A stretch of 64,000 nt of DNA from Candidatus Marinacidobacterium sp. (lineage in GTDB: Bacteria; Acidobacteriota; Vicinamibacteria; Marinacidobacterales; Marinacidobacteraceae). This document shows, piece by piece, positions 21,687-32,014 of the stretch. The stretch is taken from contig OZ242011.1 in the NCBI GenBank assembly GCA_965204755.1, positions 3,136,001-3,200,000 on the forward strand, in the 5' to 3' direction. The notes beneath the pieces were generated by a model. It made no database searches. It saw nothing but the letters and a program-made list of their open reading frames with translations, and was not told where the DNA came from. Position numbers and translations under genes: made by a program. Within the stretch, counting starts at the first letter, position 1, and the number at the start of each line of letters is the position of its first letter.

Positions 21687-23975
21687 TCAGTCCCTGCGGA
21701 CGAAGAGCAGGAAGGCGGAGGCGAGGCCGAAGAACAGGTTCGGCGACCAGGCGGCGAGCGGCGGGTCGAGCACGCCGGCGTCGCCGAGGAAACTGAAGAA
21801 CTGCGTCGCCACCATATAGACGATGCCGATGGCCAGGGCCACCGCGGCCCCCGCCTTCCCGCCCCGGTTCGACTGCGCGAACGCGAAGGGCACCCCGATG
21901 AGCACGGTGATGAGCGAGGCCAGCGGCAGCGACGCCTTCCCGTGGAGGTCCACATGGAGCGCCGGCGCCCGGTGCCCGGCGGACTCGATGACCTCGATCC
22001 GGTCGCGGAGGTCGCGGTAGGGGAGGAGGTCCGCCGCCAGGTCCTCGCGCAGGAACGCCGCCGGCGGGGAGATCTCCGGGATTTCCCGCCGCGCGAAGGT
22101 GGTCACCGCCGGCCCGCCGACGAAGTCCCGCCGCCAGCCCCCGATCCCGCTCCACGCTCCGGCCGCCTCGTCCCAGTGCGCCGAGCCGACGAACGACCGG
22201 GAAGCGAGCGATCCCCCGCCTTCGGCCGGCGAGAAGATGGAGAGCCCGGTGAGGACGGAGTTCGCCGCGTCGAAGTCCTCGTAGTGGTAGATGTCCCCCG
22301 CCGGGCCCAGCCCCCAGTGCCGCTCCAGCGGATCGAGCGTCCGCTCGGCCCGGCCCTCGATCCGGGCGGAGAGGTGCTCCGCCTCCGGGCCGACCGCCGG
22401 AAGCACGTACTCCTGCAGGCCGAGTCCGGCGGCGCTGGCCGCCAGCCCCACGCCGAGCGCCGGGATCGCCAGCCGCCCCCGGCTGATCCCCCCGGCGAGG
22501 AACGCGGTGACTTCGCGGTCCCTGGTGAGCACCCCGAAGGTGATCAGCGTCGCCGCCAGCGTGGCCAGCGGGAGCATCCCCGCCGCGAACTCCGGCGTGG
22601 AGAGCAACAGGAACCGCGCCACGGTGAGGCTCGGGATCTCCCGGTCGAAGGCCTGGCCGATGACCGCGATGAGGCGCCCCACGCCCTGCACGCTCACCAG
22701 CGCCAACAGGGCGAGCAGCAGGAACCAGGCGAAGCGCCCGGCCACATACCGGTCGAGCACCGTCGGCAGCCCCGGCCGCCTCCACCGGCGGGTGGCCCGC
22801 CGCCGGAACCGCCGCCGCCGGGGCAGGAGGAACCGGACCGCGCGGACCAGCCCCCGCCCGACCGCCGCCAGCGGGTCGAGTTCGCGGGACGCCAGCGCGA
22901 GCAGCAGGATCCCGGCGGCCGCGGCCAGCAGGTTCGCCCCCCACATCGCCAGCCAGGGCGGGATCTGCCCGCTCGAAGCCAACTGCTCGCCGAACGCCAG
23001 CGGGAGGTAGTAGCCGAGCACCACCAGGATGGCGGCCACGAACGCCCCCGCCCGCTCCGAGCCCGCCGAGGGCCGGAGCCCCAGCCCCAGCCCCAGCATC
23101 CCGAAGGCGAGGCAGGCGGCCGGCAGGGCGAACTTCTTGTGGATCTCCACCAGATAGACCGGATGCTCCGTCGTCCGCCAGGCGTGGAGCAGCCGGGGGA
23201 GGCGCATCGCCCGGGCGCTCCAGCGCGGCCCGGGATCCTCCGGCCCGAAGACGCTCTCCGGGTCGAGCGGCAGCCGCATCTCGTCGGCGCGCTGGATCCG
23301 GTAGCGGCCCGGATCGCCGGGAGCGGCGTTGTGGACCTCCACCCGGTCGAGCGCCAGGTAGGCGACCCGGTTCTCCGGGGACATCGCCAGTTGCCCGCTC
23401 CCCGCCACGAAGATCGTGGGCTCGGCGGGCCGCTCCAAGTCGGCGAGGAACACCTGCCGCCAGGGGCCGCCCTCCGGGGGCGTCTCGCCGACCAACAGCA
23501 CCCGGTGGTCGAGGAGTTCGTCGTAGAAGATGCGGGCCTCGACCTCGGTCCGGAGGCGGGCGTCGAGCAGGTCCGCGGAGATCTCGACGAACCGCTGGTT
23601 CGACCGGGGCACCACTTCCAGCATCAGCGCCCCGGAGATCCCGAGGGCGAGCGCCGAGGCCGCCGCCACCGGCAGCAGCAGCCGCGGCGTCGAAATCCCC
23701 CCGGCGCGCATCACCAGGATCTCGGCGCTCGCCGAGAGCCGGTTCAGCGCGAACAGGATGCCCAGCAGCAGCGCGCTCGGCACCGCGACCACCAGCAGGC
23801 CCGGGATCAGGTAGGCGAGCGCCAGCCCGATCGTCGCCGGCCGCGCCCCCTGGGTGACCAGCAGTTCGATGTTCCGCACCAACTCGTTGAGGAGGAGCGC
23901 GAACAGGAAGACCCCCGTCCCCAGGAAGAACCCGGGTGCGATCTGGCGGAGGAGGTAACGGTCGAGAAGGCCCAC
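21687..23975 (-). CDS. Fused LptF/LptG LPS export permease
   Basis: Two YjgP/YjgQ halves, each opening with LDRY (LLDRYLLRQI, VLDRYVAGRF). EIHKKFALP, DLHGKASLP and AAWSPNLFF. Confidence 0.88.
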   Translation of the reverse strand: MGLLDRYLLRQIAPGFFLGTGVFLFALLLNELVRNIELLVTQGARPATIGLALAYLIPGLLVVAVPSALLLGILFALNRLSASAEILVMRAGGISTPRLLLPVAAASALALGISGALMLEVVPRSNQRFVEISADLLDARLRTEVEARIFYDELLDHRVLLVGETPPEGGPWRQVFLADLERPAEPTIFVAGSGQLAMSPENRVAYLALDRVEVHNAAPGDPGRYRIQRADEMRLPLDPESVFGPEDPGPRWSARAMRLPRLLHAWRTTEHPVYLVEIHKKFALPAACLAFGMLGLGLGLRPSAGSERAGAFVAAILVVLGYYLPLAFGEQLASSGQIPPWLAMWGANLLAAAAGILLLALASRELDPLAAVGRGLVRAVRFLLPRRRRFRRRATRRWRRPGLPTVLDRYVAGRFAWFLLLALLALVSVQGVGRLIAVIGQAFDREIPSLTVARFLLLSTPEFAAGMLPLATLAATLITFGVLTRDREVTAFLAGGISRGRLAIPALGVGLAASAAGLGLQEYVLPAVGPEAEHLSARIEGRAERTLDPLERHWGLGPAGDIYHYEDFDAANSVLTGLSIFSPAEGGGSLASRSFVGSAHWDEAAGAWSGIGGWRRDFVGGPAVTTFARREIPEISPPAAFLREDLAADLLPYRDLRDRIEVIESAGHRAPALHVDLHGKASLPLASLITVLIGVPFAFAQSNRGGKAGAAVALAIGIVYMVATQFFSFLGDAGVLDPPLAAWSPNLFFGLASAFLLFVRRD

Positions 23976-24127
23976 GCGAAGGGGTGTCGGCTGGCTGGAG
24001 CGCCCGGACGCCCGCCCGCCGGAGGCCGGGAACCAGGCGCGCCGAGCGGGGGGCAGCCGGGCCGGATGCTACCCGCTCCGGGAGGCGTTTCCGGCCCTCC
24101 GGGCGCCGTCCCTTCCGGCGCTCCGAC

Positions 24128-24176
24128 CCACAGCATCTTGGGTACGACTGGCCTCCGCACCACAACATGTTGTGGT
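24128..24176. promoter_or_regulatory. Tandem NrdR-like boxes upstream of smc, next to a TAGAAT -10 candidate at 24195-24200
   Basis: CACAGCATCTTGGG at 24129 and CACAACATGTTGTG at 24161, 32 bp apart, the same geometry as the nrdJ boxes. Confidence 0.7.
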
Positions 24177-24228
24177 TTCGGCCCGGAACCGGAGTAGAAT
24201 GGCCCGCACGGTTTCGACCGGCTGAACA

Positions 24229-27200
24229 ATGAGGATCGAGCGGATCGAACTCGCCGGTTTCAAGTCCTTCGCGGACCCGGTGGTCCTGGAATTCCAGGGG
24301 GGCTCCACCGCCATCGTCGGGCCGAACGGCTGCGGCAAGTCCAACATCGCCGACGCGGTCTTCTGGGCGCTCGGCGAACTCGGCGCGTCCACGATCCGCG
24401 CCCGCGGCAAGGACCTGATCTTCAGCGGCAGCGGCCTCCGCGAGCCGCTCGGCGTGGCGGAGGTGCGGATGCACCTGAGCGGCGCCCCGGAGGACCTGGG
24501 CGGCTTGGGCCGCCCCCGGGGGCTCGCCGGCCGCCCGAAGATCCCGGCGGACGCCGCCGACGCCGCCCCGGAGGGACCGGCGCCCGACCGGGAGGCCCCC
24601 GCCGGGACGAACGGCGCCGCCCCTTCCGGGCCCGAAGATGCCTCGGAGACGGAAGACGCCTCCGGGACCGGCCGTTCGGTGACCGTGAGCCGCCGGGTGG
24701 ACCGCACGGGGACCTCCACCTACCGCATAGACGGCCGCCGGGCGCGCCGCCGGGATGTGCAGCGCCTCTTCGCCGCCGCCGGCCTCGGCCCCGGCTCCTA
24801 CGCGCTCATCGAGCAGGGCCGCGCGAACGATGTGATCACCCGCCGCCCCGAGGAACTCCGGGTCCTGGTCGAGGAGGCCGCCGGACTCGGCTCCTACCGG
24901 CTGAACCGGCAGGAGAGCGAGGCGAACCTCCGCGCCGCGGAGAAGGCGCTGGAGCGGGTGCGCGACCGCCTCGCGGAACTCGACCGGGCCATCCGCCAGG
25001 CCAAGCGCGACGCCCGTTCGGCGAAGCGCGCCCGGAAGACCGGCGAGCGCATCCGGCTGCTGCGGATCGCCGAGCAGGCGGCCCGCCGGGCGGCGCTCTC
25101 CGCCCGCATCCGGCAAGGCCGCGCCCCGGAGGTCGCCCTCGCCGACGAGCGCGACCGCCGGGCGCTCAGCCTCGGCGCCTTCGACCGATTCCTCGCCGGA
25201 CTCCGCGCCGAGCGCGCCGAACTCGCCGAGTCCCTCCGAGACGCCACCCGCCGCCTGGGAGACGCCCGCGGCGAGCAGGCGCGGGCCGAGGCGGTCCTCA
25301 CCGAGGGGGAGCACGCCGCCGCCGGCCGGGCGGCGCGCCTCCCCCGGCTCGCCGAAGAGGAACGCGAAGTCGAGGCTCGCCGGGAGGCGCGTCGGGAGGA
25401 GCATTCCCGCCTCGCCGGCCGCGCCGGGACTTTCCCCGACCTCCTGGAGCGCCTCTCCGCCGAGACCGCCGCCCGCGCCGAAGGGCGCGACCGCCTGCGC
25501 CGGGAGGAGCGCGAAGTCGAGTCCGCGGCGGCCGCCGCGAGACACGACCGCCAGCGGCTCGAGGCCTCCGCCACCGCGAAGCGTCTCGCCGGGCAGCACC
25601 ACGACCGCCAGCGCGAACGCCTCTCCGCCGCCCGGCTGGAACTCGCCGGCTCGACCCGGGAACTCGAAGCCCGGGCGGTCTCGGCGGCGAAGCGGGCGGA
25701 AGACGCCGCCGCCGGGGAAGAGCGGCAGGCCGGGGAAGTCGCCGGGCGCCGCGAAGCCGCCGAGGCCGCCGACCGGGCGCTCGAACGGGCCGCCGCCGAA
25801 CGCGCGAACGCCCGCCGCCAGGAAGCGGAAGCGCGCGCCGCGCTCGAAGGCGCGCGGGCGCGTCTCGCCTCCGTGCGGGCGCTCGTAATCTCGCGCGAAC
25901 AACTCGGCCCCACCGCCGCCCGGCTCCTCCGCCTCGCCCCGGAACGCGGCCTGCCGGTCCTGGGCGCGGTGGGCGACGCCGTCGAAGTGGACACCGGCTT
26001 CGAGTCCGCCGCCGAGCGCCTGCTGGGCGTCCACCGGGTCCGGGTGGAGAAGGCCGAGGACCTGTTCCCGCTGCTCGACTCGCTGGACGCGGACGAGGCC
26101 GCGCCCTGCGAAGCGCTGGTCGCGGAATTCGCGCGGGCTTCGGAACCCGCGGCGGAGCCGGACGCGGCCGCCGCCGACGGGCCGGCGGAAGCGGCGCCGG
26201 AGAAGACGCAGTCGGACGAAACGCGGCTCGGCGCCCATGTGCGGGCGGAGGCACCGGAGGTCCGCGCCGCGATCCCGCACGCGGTGGTGACTCCCGACCT
26301 CCGGACCGCGCTCGCCCGTTACCGCGAGCGCCCCGGGCTCTATGTCACCCGCGCCGGCGAGACCGTCGCGCCACCGGGCGTCGTCCGCTTCGGACGCGGC
26401 GGGCCGGGCGAGGGATACCTGGCCGCCCGCCGCGAAGCCGCCGAGCGCGAGGAGGAACGCGAGCGGGCCGAAGCGCATCTGGTCGCCGCCGAAGCCGGCC
26501 TCGAAGTGGCCGTCGAGGCGGCGTCCCTGGCCGAGACCGAGCGCGACGCCCGCCGCGAGGCGCTCGCCCGGGCGGAAGCGGAACTCGGTCGTCGTCACCT
26601 GGCCGCGGAGCGCGCCCGCCAAGACGAGACCGCCGTCTCCCGACGCCGGGAGCAGGTCCGCGACGAAACGGCCGCCCACGCCGAAGAGGAGCAGCGGAAC
26701 GAGGAAGCCGCCGCCCGCTCCGTCGAGGAACTGGCCCGCGACCGGGAGGAACTCGAAGAGACCGGCCGCCGGCTGGCCGAGGGCGAGACCCGGCTCGCCG
26801 AAGTCCGCCGCCGGCTCGACGCCGCCGAGCGCGCCTGGGAAGAGGCGGACCGGGAACTCGCCCGGCAGACCGCGGTGGCCGACGAAGTGCGCCGGGAGGA
26901 GAGTTCCCGCGAGCGCGCCGCCGCGACGACTCCCGGCGGCTCGCCCGCATCGGCGAGGAGCGCGAAGCCCTGCGGGCCGAGGACGAGGAGTGGAAGGCCC
27001 GCCGGGAGGCGGCGCTCCGCGGCCGCCGGGACGCCGCCGCCCGCAGTCGGGAGTGGCAGGCGGAAGAAGCCCGCCTGACGGAAGCCGGCGACCGCCGGAG
27101 CGCCCGGCTCGCGCAGGCCGAGGACGCGCTCCGCGCCCGGCGCGCCGAACTCGAATCGGTGGAGCGGCGGCTCACCGCCGCCCGCAGCGAAGTCGGGGAG

Positions 27201-28148
27201 GCGAAGACCCTCCTCGCCGACCTGGAGGCGGAGTTCGAGCGGACCGCCGGCCGCCCGCTCGCCGACGCCGCCGCCGGGCTGCCGGCGGATCTCGCCGAGC
27301 GGGAGCGGGACGAGATCGCCGGGGAACTGCGCGAGCAGGAAGACCGCCTCGCCCGGCTGGGCCCGGTGAACGAGATCGCCGAAGCCCGGCTGCGGGAACT
27401 GCAGGCGGAACGCGACGGCCCGGCGGCGCACCTGCGGGATGTGGAGCAGGGCATCGGCGACGGCCTCGAGGCGCTCGAACGCCACGACCGGGACGCCCGC
27501 CGCCGGTTCCACCGCGCCTTCGAGGCGGTGGACGCCGGCTTCGATGTGGCCTTCCGCCAACTCTTCGGCGGCGGCCGCGCCGAACTCCGCCTGACGACCC
27601 CGGAACCGGCGTCCGGCGACCCGGCCATCGGCGAGGGGGAAGCGCCCCCGGAACCCGACGCCGGCTCGGTGAACGGGAACGGCGCGGCCGCCGCCGGCGA
27701 CGCGGCGGAATCGCGGCCGGAGTTCCGCCCCGGCGTCGAGATGCGCGCCCAGCCGCCCGGCAAGAAACTCCAGAGCCTGCGCCTGCTCTCCGGCGGCGAG
27801 AAGGCGCTCACCGCCATCGCCTTCCTCATCGCGCTCTTCCGCTACCGCCCGGCCCCCTTCTGCCTGCTCGACGAGGTGGACGCCCCGCTCGACGACGCCA
27901 ATGTGCAGAGGTTCGCCGGGCTGCTCGACGAGTTGAAGCAGGACACCCAACTGGTCGTCATCACCCACAACCGGCAGACCATGGAGTCCTGCGAGCACCT
28001 CTACGGGGTGACGATGGAAGAGCCCGGCGTCTCCCGGCTGGTGTCCGTGGAGATCGGCGACGAGCAGATCGAGGGCTGGCTCGGCGACCGCGGCGGCGAC
28101 GCCGCGCCGGAGCGCGCCCTGAGCCCGCCCGCTCCTCCCCCGGCGTAA
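24229..28148 (+). CDS. smc: Chromosome segregation protein SMC, split by a single-base frameshift near 26915-26925
   Basis: N-part: GFKSF, VGPNGCGKSN, coiled coil and hinge-like region. C-part in a shifted frame: LGPVN, LSGGEKALTA, LDEVDAPLD, ITHN. The coiled-coil reading resumes in the shifted frame (DDSRRLARIGEEREAL). Confidence 0.92.
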
Positions 28149-28154
28149 GCGCCG

Positions 28155-29165
28155 GTGGCGGACGGCGAGACGGCGGCGCCGACCGGCAGCGCCGCCGCCT
28201 CTCCCGTTTCGTCGAGCGGGGGGGCGTCCGCCGCCGCCGTCCCCGCCCGGGCGATGGTGTTCGCGGCCGGCCGGGGCGAGCGGCTGGGGCCGCTCTCCGA
28301 CCGCCTGGCGAAGCCGGCGCTCCCGTTCTGCGGCGTCCCGCTGCTGACCCGGATCCTCGGCCGCCTCGCCTCCGCCGGGGTCTCGGAAGCCGTCGTCAAC
28401 CTGCACCACCTCCCGGAAACCGTCGAACCGCTGCTGCGGGCCGCCGAGTCTTCGCCGGGCCTGACCCTCCACCGCTCGTTCGAGTCCGACCTGCTCGGCA
28501 CTTCCGGCGGGCTCGGCCGCGCCGCCGGGCGCTTCGGAGAGGCGCTGGGCGGCGCCGGCGCGTTCTGGGTGGTGAACGGGGACACGCTGGCGCTGGCGCC
28601 GCTCGGCGAGATGGCCGCCTTCCACGCCCGCGCCGTCCGCTCCGGGGCGGAGGCGACGCTCCTCGCTGTCGCCGACCCCGGCCCGGCCTTCGCGGGAGAA
28701 CGACGGCTCGAAGTATCGGAAGACGGCGCAGTCGTCGGCCTCACGCGGCCCGGCGGCCCGGGGCCGGGATTCGCCGGGGTGTGGATGCTGGAGCCTTCGG
28801 CGCTCCGGTTCCTGCGCGGCGGGCCGGGCGGACTCTCCGGCGATCTGCTGCCGGGCCTCATCGCCGCCGGAACGGCGCGGGCGTTCCCGAGCGCCGCGCC
28901 CTGGTTCGAGATCGGGACGCCGCGCCGCTACCTCGAAGGGTCGCTCGCCGCCGCCGCGCAGGGCCTCTTCCCGCCGGACTTCGCGGCCCCGGACGCCTTC
29001 GCGGCCCCCGACGCGGTGGTTGCGGAGTCCCTCCTGCTCCCCGGCGTCCGGGTCGAGTCCGGTGCGAGCGTCGTCCGTTCGGTGGTCGCCGCCGGCGAAG
29101 TCGTCCCCGCCGGCGCGGAGATCCGGGAAGCGCTCTTCGCCGGAGGGGCGGCCCATGACCTCTAG
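28155..29165 (+). CDS. NDP-sugar nucleotidyltransferase (MurU-like)
   Basis: AMVFAAGRGERLGPLSDRLAKPALP, VNLHHL, LGTSGGL, VNGD, WFEIGTP. Overlaps the downstream kinase gene. Confidence 0.8.
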   Translation: MADGETAAPTGSAAASPVSSSGGASAAAVPARAMVFAAGRGERLGPLSDRLAKPALPFCGVPLLTRILGRLASAGVSEAVVNLHHLPETVEPLLRAAESSPGLTLHRSFESDLLGTSGGLGRAAGRFGEALGGAGAFWVVNGDTLALAPLGEMAAFHARAVRSGAEATLLAVADPGPAFAGERRLEVSEDGAVVGLTRPGGPGPGFAGVWMLEPSALRFLRGGPGGLSGDLLPGLIAAGTARAFPSAAPWFEIGTPRRYLEGSLAAAAQGLFPPDFAAPDAFAAPDAVVAESLLLPGVRVESGASVVRSVVAAGEVVPAGAEIREALFAGGAAHDL

Positions 29166-30351
29166 GCCGCGCCCCGGCGCGGCGGGGCGCCGGGACACGC
29201 GCGGCCGGCTGGACGAGTGGCTCTCGTCCCGGCGGCTCGACGGGGCGTCCGCGGAGCGGCTGGTCCAGGACGCCGGCGAGCGGGTCTATTTCCGGGTCCG
29301 CCCCCCGGAGGGGGCGGCGGAGTTCCCGGGCGGCGCTTTCGATCCCGCCCCGCGCGGGTTCGTGGCCTGCGTGATGGCCGCGCCGTACGCGCCGGGCTCG
29401 CTCCCGTTCGCCAACGCGGCCGGCCTCTACTTGGAGATGGGCGTGCCGGGGCCGCGGGTGCTGGAGGAGGTCCCGGAGCGCGGCGTCGTCGCCCTCCAGG
29501 ACCTCGGCGACGACCTGCTGCAGGTCGTGGCCGAGCGCGACCGCGCGGAGGCGGCCGGCCTCTACGACCAGGCGGTGCGCTGGATCGGCCGCATCCAGCG
29601 CGAAGGGGCGCGGATCGGCGCCTCCCCGGAGGCGGGGCGCTACCGGGCGTTCTCGATGCGGCTCGACGAGGCGCTCTTCGTCCGGGAACTCCGGTTCTTC
29701 GCGGAGCACTTCGTCCGGGGCCACCTGGGTTTCGACGGGGAGACGGCGCCGGGCAAGGCGTTCCTCCGCGAGTTGGACGACCTGCTCTCGGCGCTCGCCG
29801 CGGAAGCGGCGGCCACGCCGACCGCGCTCTGCCACCGCGACTACCACTCCCGCAACCTGATCGCCGCCGGCGGCTCGGCGGGCGCTACGACCGGCGCCGG
29901 GCCGCGCGACAGTCCGTCATCCGGCGGCGCGGCGTCCCTCCATGTCATCGATCATCAGGACACCCGGCTCGGGCCGCGCGCCTACGACCTGATGTCGCTC
30001 GCGCGGGATCCCTATGTCGGCCCGGCGGCCGAAGCGGATCCGGGCGTATCCGCCGGTGCCCCGCCGGAGATGCCGGTCTCCGAGGCCGATCTACTCGATC
30101 TCTTCCGCGAGGCGGCCGGCCTCGGCGCCGGCGCCGGCGCCGAGTTGGAGGCGGAGTTCGACGCCGTCGCCCTCCAGCGCCACCTGAAGGCGCTCGGCAC
30201 CTACGGCTTCGCCCGCCGCCGGAACCCGGTGTACCGCCGGTTCATCGCCCCGACGCTGGCGATGGTCGCCGCCAACCTCGCCCGCCACGCCGACCGCCCG
30301 GCCCGCCGAGCGCTCCGCTCCCGGCTGGCCGACCTCGGCCTCTTCGCCTGA
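29155..30351 (+). CDS. Aminoglycoside-phosphotransferase-like sugar kinase (AmgK-like)
   Basis: DAGERVYFR, LQDLGD, CHRDYHSRNL, IDHQD, YDLMSL, QRHLKALGTY. ATG 29155 with GGAGG SD. Confidence 0.82.
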   Translation: MTSRPRPGAAGRRDTRGRLDEWLSSRRLDGASAERLVQDAGERVYFRVRPPEGAAEFPGGAFDPAPRGFVACVMAAPYAPGSLPFANAAGLYLEMGVPGPRVLEEVPERGVVALQDLGDDLLQVVAERDRAEAAGLYDQAVRWIGRIQREGARIGASPEAGRYRAFSMRLDEALFVRELRFFAEHFVRGHLGFDGETAPGKAFLRELDDLLSALAAEAAATPTALCHRDYHSRNLIAAGGSAGATTGAGPRDSPSSGGAASLHVIDHQDTRLGPRAYDLMSLARDPYVGPAAEADPGVSAGAPPEMPVSEADLLDLFREAAGLGAGAGAELEAEFDAVALQRHLKALGTYGFARRRNPVYRRFIAPTLAMVAANLARHADRPARRALRSRLADLGLFA

Positions 30352-30427
30352 GCCCCGGGGAGATCCCGAGGCCCCGGCGAGCGGAGGGCGGCGGCCGGTT
30401 CGTCGCGCCCCCGAGGGCGGCGCGCCC

Positions 30428-31147
30428 TCAGAAGAGGGTCGTGAACCAGCGGTGGAGGAAGGCGACCGTCGCGGCGAACGCCGGCACGACGATGGCCGCG
30501 ATCAGGATGTTCGTCCGGCGATCGATCCGGTCCATCCGCTTGTCGGCGCGCTCCTCCGACCGACGGAGGCATTCGAGCATGAACTCCTTCATGCGCTCCT
30601 CGGACTGCCGGACGGCATCGAGGACGAACGCCTTCATGCGTTCCTCCGACTGGCGGATGGATTCAGCGACGAACTCCTTCATCCGCTCCTCGGACTCGCG
30701 GATGGACTGGACCACGAAGGCCCTCGTCCGCTCCTCGGACTCGGTGATGAGCACCTTCGTCCGTTCCTCGGACTCGGCGATGAGCACCTTCGTCCGCTCC
30801 TCGGACTCGGTGATGAGCACCTTCGTCCGCTCCTCGGAGGCCGCGACCACGACCGCCACTTCCGAGGCGATCCGGTCCTGCAGTCGCCGCCCCTCGGCGA
30901 CCACCGCCCGGTCGAAGTGGGTGAGGAGCCGGTCATCGAGCCGCGCCAAGTCCCCCAGCGTCGCCGGGGTCTCCGGCGGGTGCCCCTCCCCCGGCATCGG
31001 GACGATCGGGTGTTCCCCCGGCGTCGGCTCGGTCAACGGCTGGCTCCGAACCACAGCGTAGCCCGTGGTTCGGCCACCGGCAACCGGCGGCGCCCCGGAG
31101 GGCGAGTCTTCGGACGCGAGACGCGTCAGTTCCTGGGTGTTCGGCAC
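30428..31147 (-). CDS. Repeat-containing coiled-coil protein with C-terminal membrane anchor (DUF1640/CCDC90-like)
   Basis: GTG with AAGGAG SD, SEER repeats, and terminal hydrophobic ILIAAIVVPAFAATVAFL. Confidence 0.65.
   Translation of the reverse strand: MPNTQELTRLASEDSPSGAPPVAGGRTTGYAVVRSQPLTEPTPGEHPIVPMPGEGHPPETPATLGDLARLDDRLLTHFDRAVVAEGRRLQDRIASEVAVVVAASEERTKVLITESEERTKVLIAESEERTKVLITESEERTRAFVVQSIRESEERMKEFVAESIRQSEERMKAFVLDAVRQSEERMKEFMLECLRRSEERADKRMDRIDRRTNILIAAIVVPAFAATVAFLHRWFTTLF
30545..30845 (-). repeat. 33-bp then 45-bp coding tandem repeats (ESEERTKVLIT; QSEERMKEFVxxxIR)
   Basis: CGCTCCTCGGACTCGG recurs at 33-bp spacing around 30730-30840 and at 45-bp spacing further into the gene. 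Confidence 0.85.
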
Positions 31148-31478
31148 GAGGCCGCTCCTTCCGTTCGGGCAAGGACGAGACGGAGACCCGGCGCCCGGAG
31201 CCGGCCCTCGCCCCTATAGAACGGAAGTCGGGAGCATTTCTGCCCACCGGAGTGCACATCCGCCTGCCGCGCCTTCCCCAGCCCGCTGTCTGCCCACGGC
31301 CTCCGCGCCGAGGCGCACCCGGCCGGTTCCCGTCTCGGAGGGCGATCACGACCCCCGCCCCGTCGCGTCGGCGTCCTCCCCGCTCTCCCGACGCGCCGAG
31401 CCGGGCGCGGTTTCGGGTCTCGTTCGTGGTGACGATTTCTGTCGTCCTCCCCAAGTAGTCTCGTTCCGAGTTACCCGA

Positions 31479-31934
31479 ATGCCGCGCCCGCCCATGCCCA
31501 AGCACGGCGGGGAGCAGTTCGCCCAGCGACTGGCGCGCGATGCCCCGCCCGGCGACCTGGACGCCCAGGCGCGGGAGTGGGTGATCTTCGACACCGGCCT
31601 CGGCCGCCGCCTCACCCACGCGGAAGTCGTCGAGTGGCTCCGGGAGCGCGAACGCGCCCGCGCCCGCCGGGAACGCCCCCCGCACCGCCTGGTGGCCGCC
31701 GCCCGGGCTGTCCGGGCCCGCGTCTCCCGGCTCGCCGAAGGGTTCTCCGAACGCCTGCCGCGCCCGCCCCACATCGTGCTCAACGCGCTCCCACTCGCCG
31801 CGGTCTTCGTCGTCATCCTCGCCTTCCGGGTCCTCTACTTCGTCGTTCCGGCCCTGGTGATCCTGCTGCTCCTGTCCCATGCCGTCGACTGGCTCTTCGG
31901 CACCGACCTCCTGACCCTCTGGGGCCTGGAGTGA
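31479..31934 (+). CDS. Hypothetical membrane protein upstream of the cas operon
   Basis: ORF of about 150 aa ending in two hydrophobic helices (LPLAAVFVVILAF, VLYFVVPALVILLLL). Family not recognised. Confidence 0.55.
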   Translation: MPRPPMPKHGGEQFAQRLARDAPPGDLDAQAREWVIFDTGLGRRLTHAEVVEWLRERERARARRERPPHRLVAAARAVRARVSRLAEGFSERLPRPPHIVLNALPLAAVFVVILAFRVLYFVVPALVILLLLSHAVDWLFGTDLLTLWGLE

Positions 31935-32014
31935 CCGAGACGGTCCGGGACGAGACTCTCGAGTTGGATTCTTTCCAGTAACTCTCCGATACTCCTCGTC
32001 TCCTTGGAGGTCCC

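Noticed and set aside
20830-26679. 1949-aa minus-strand ORF and similar giant ORFs (1..2010 +, 15634..19191 +, 51899..56098 -)
   Set aside because: Antisense or off-frame shadows of real genes. Stop codons are rare at this GC content, and the translations have no motifs.
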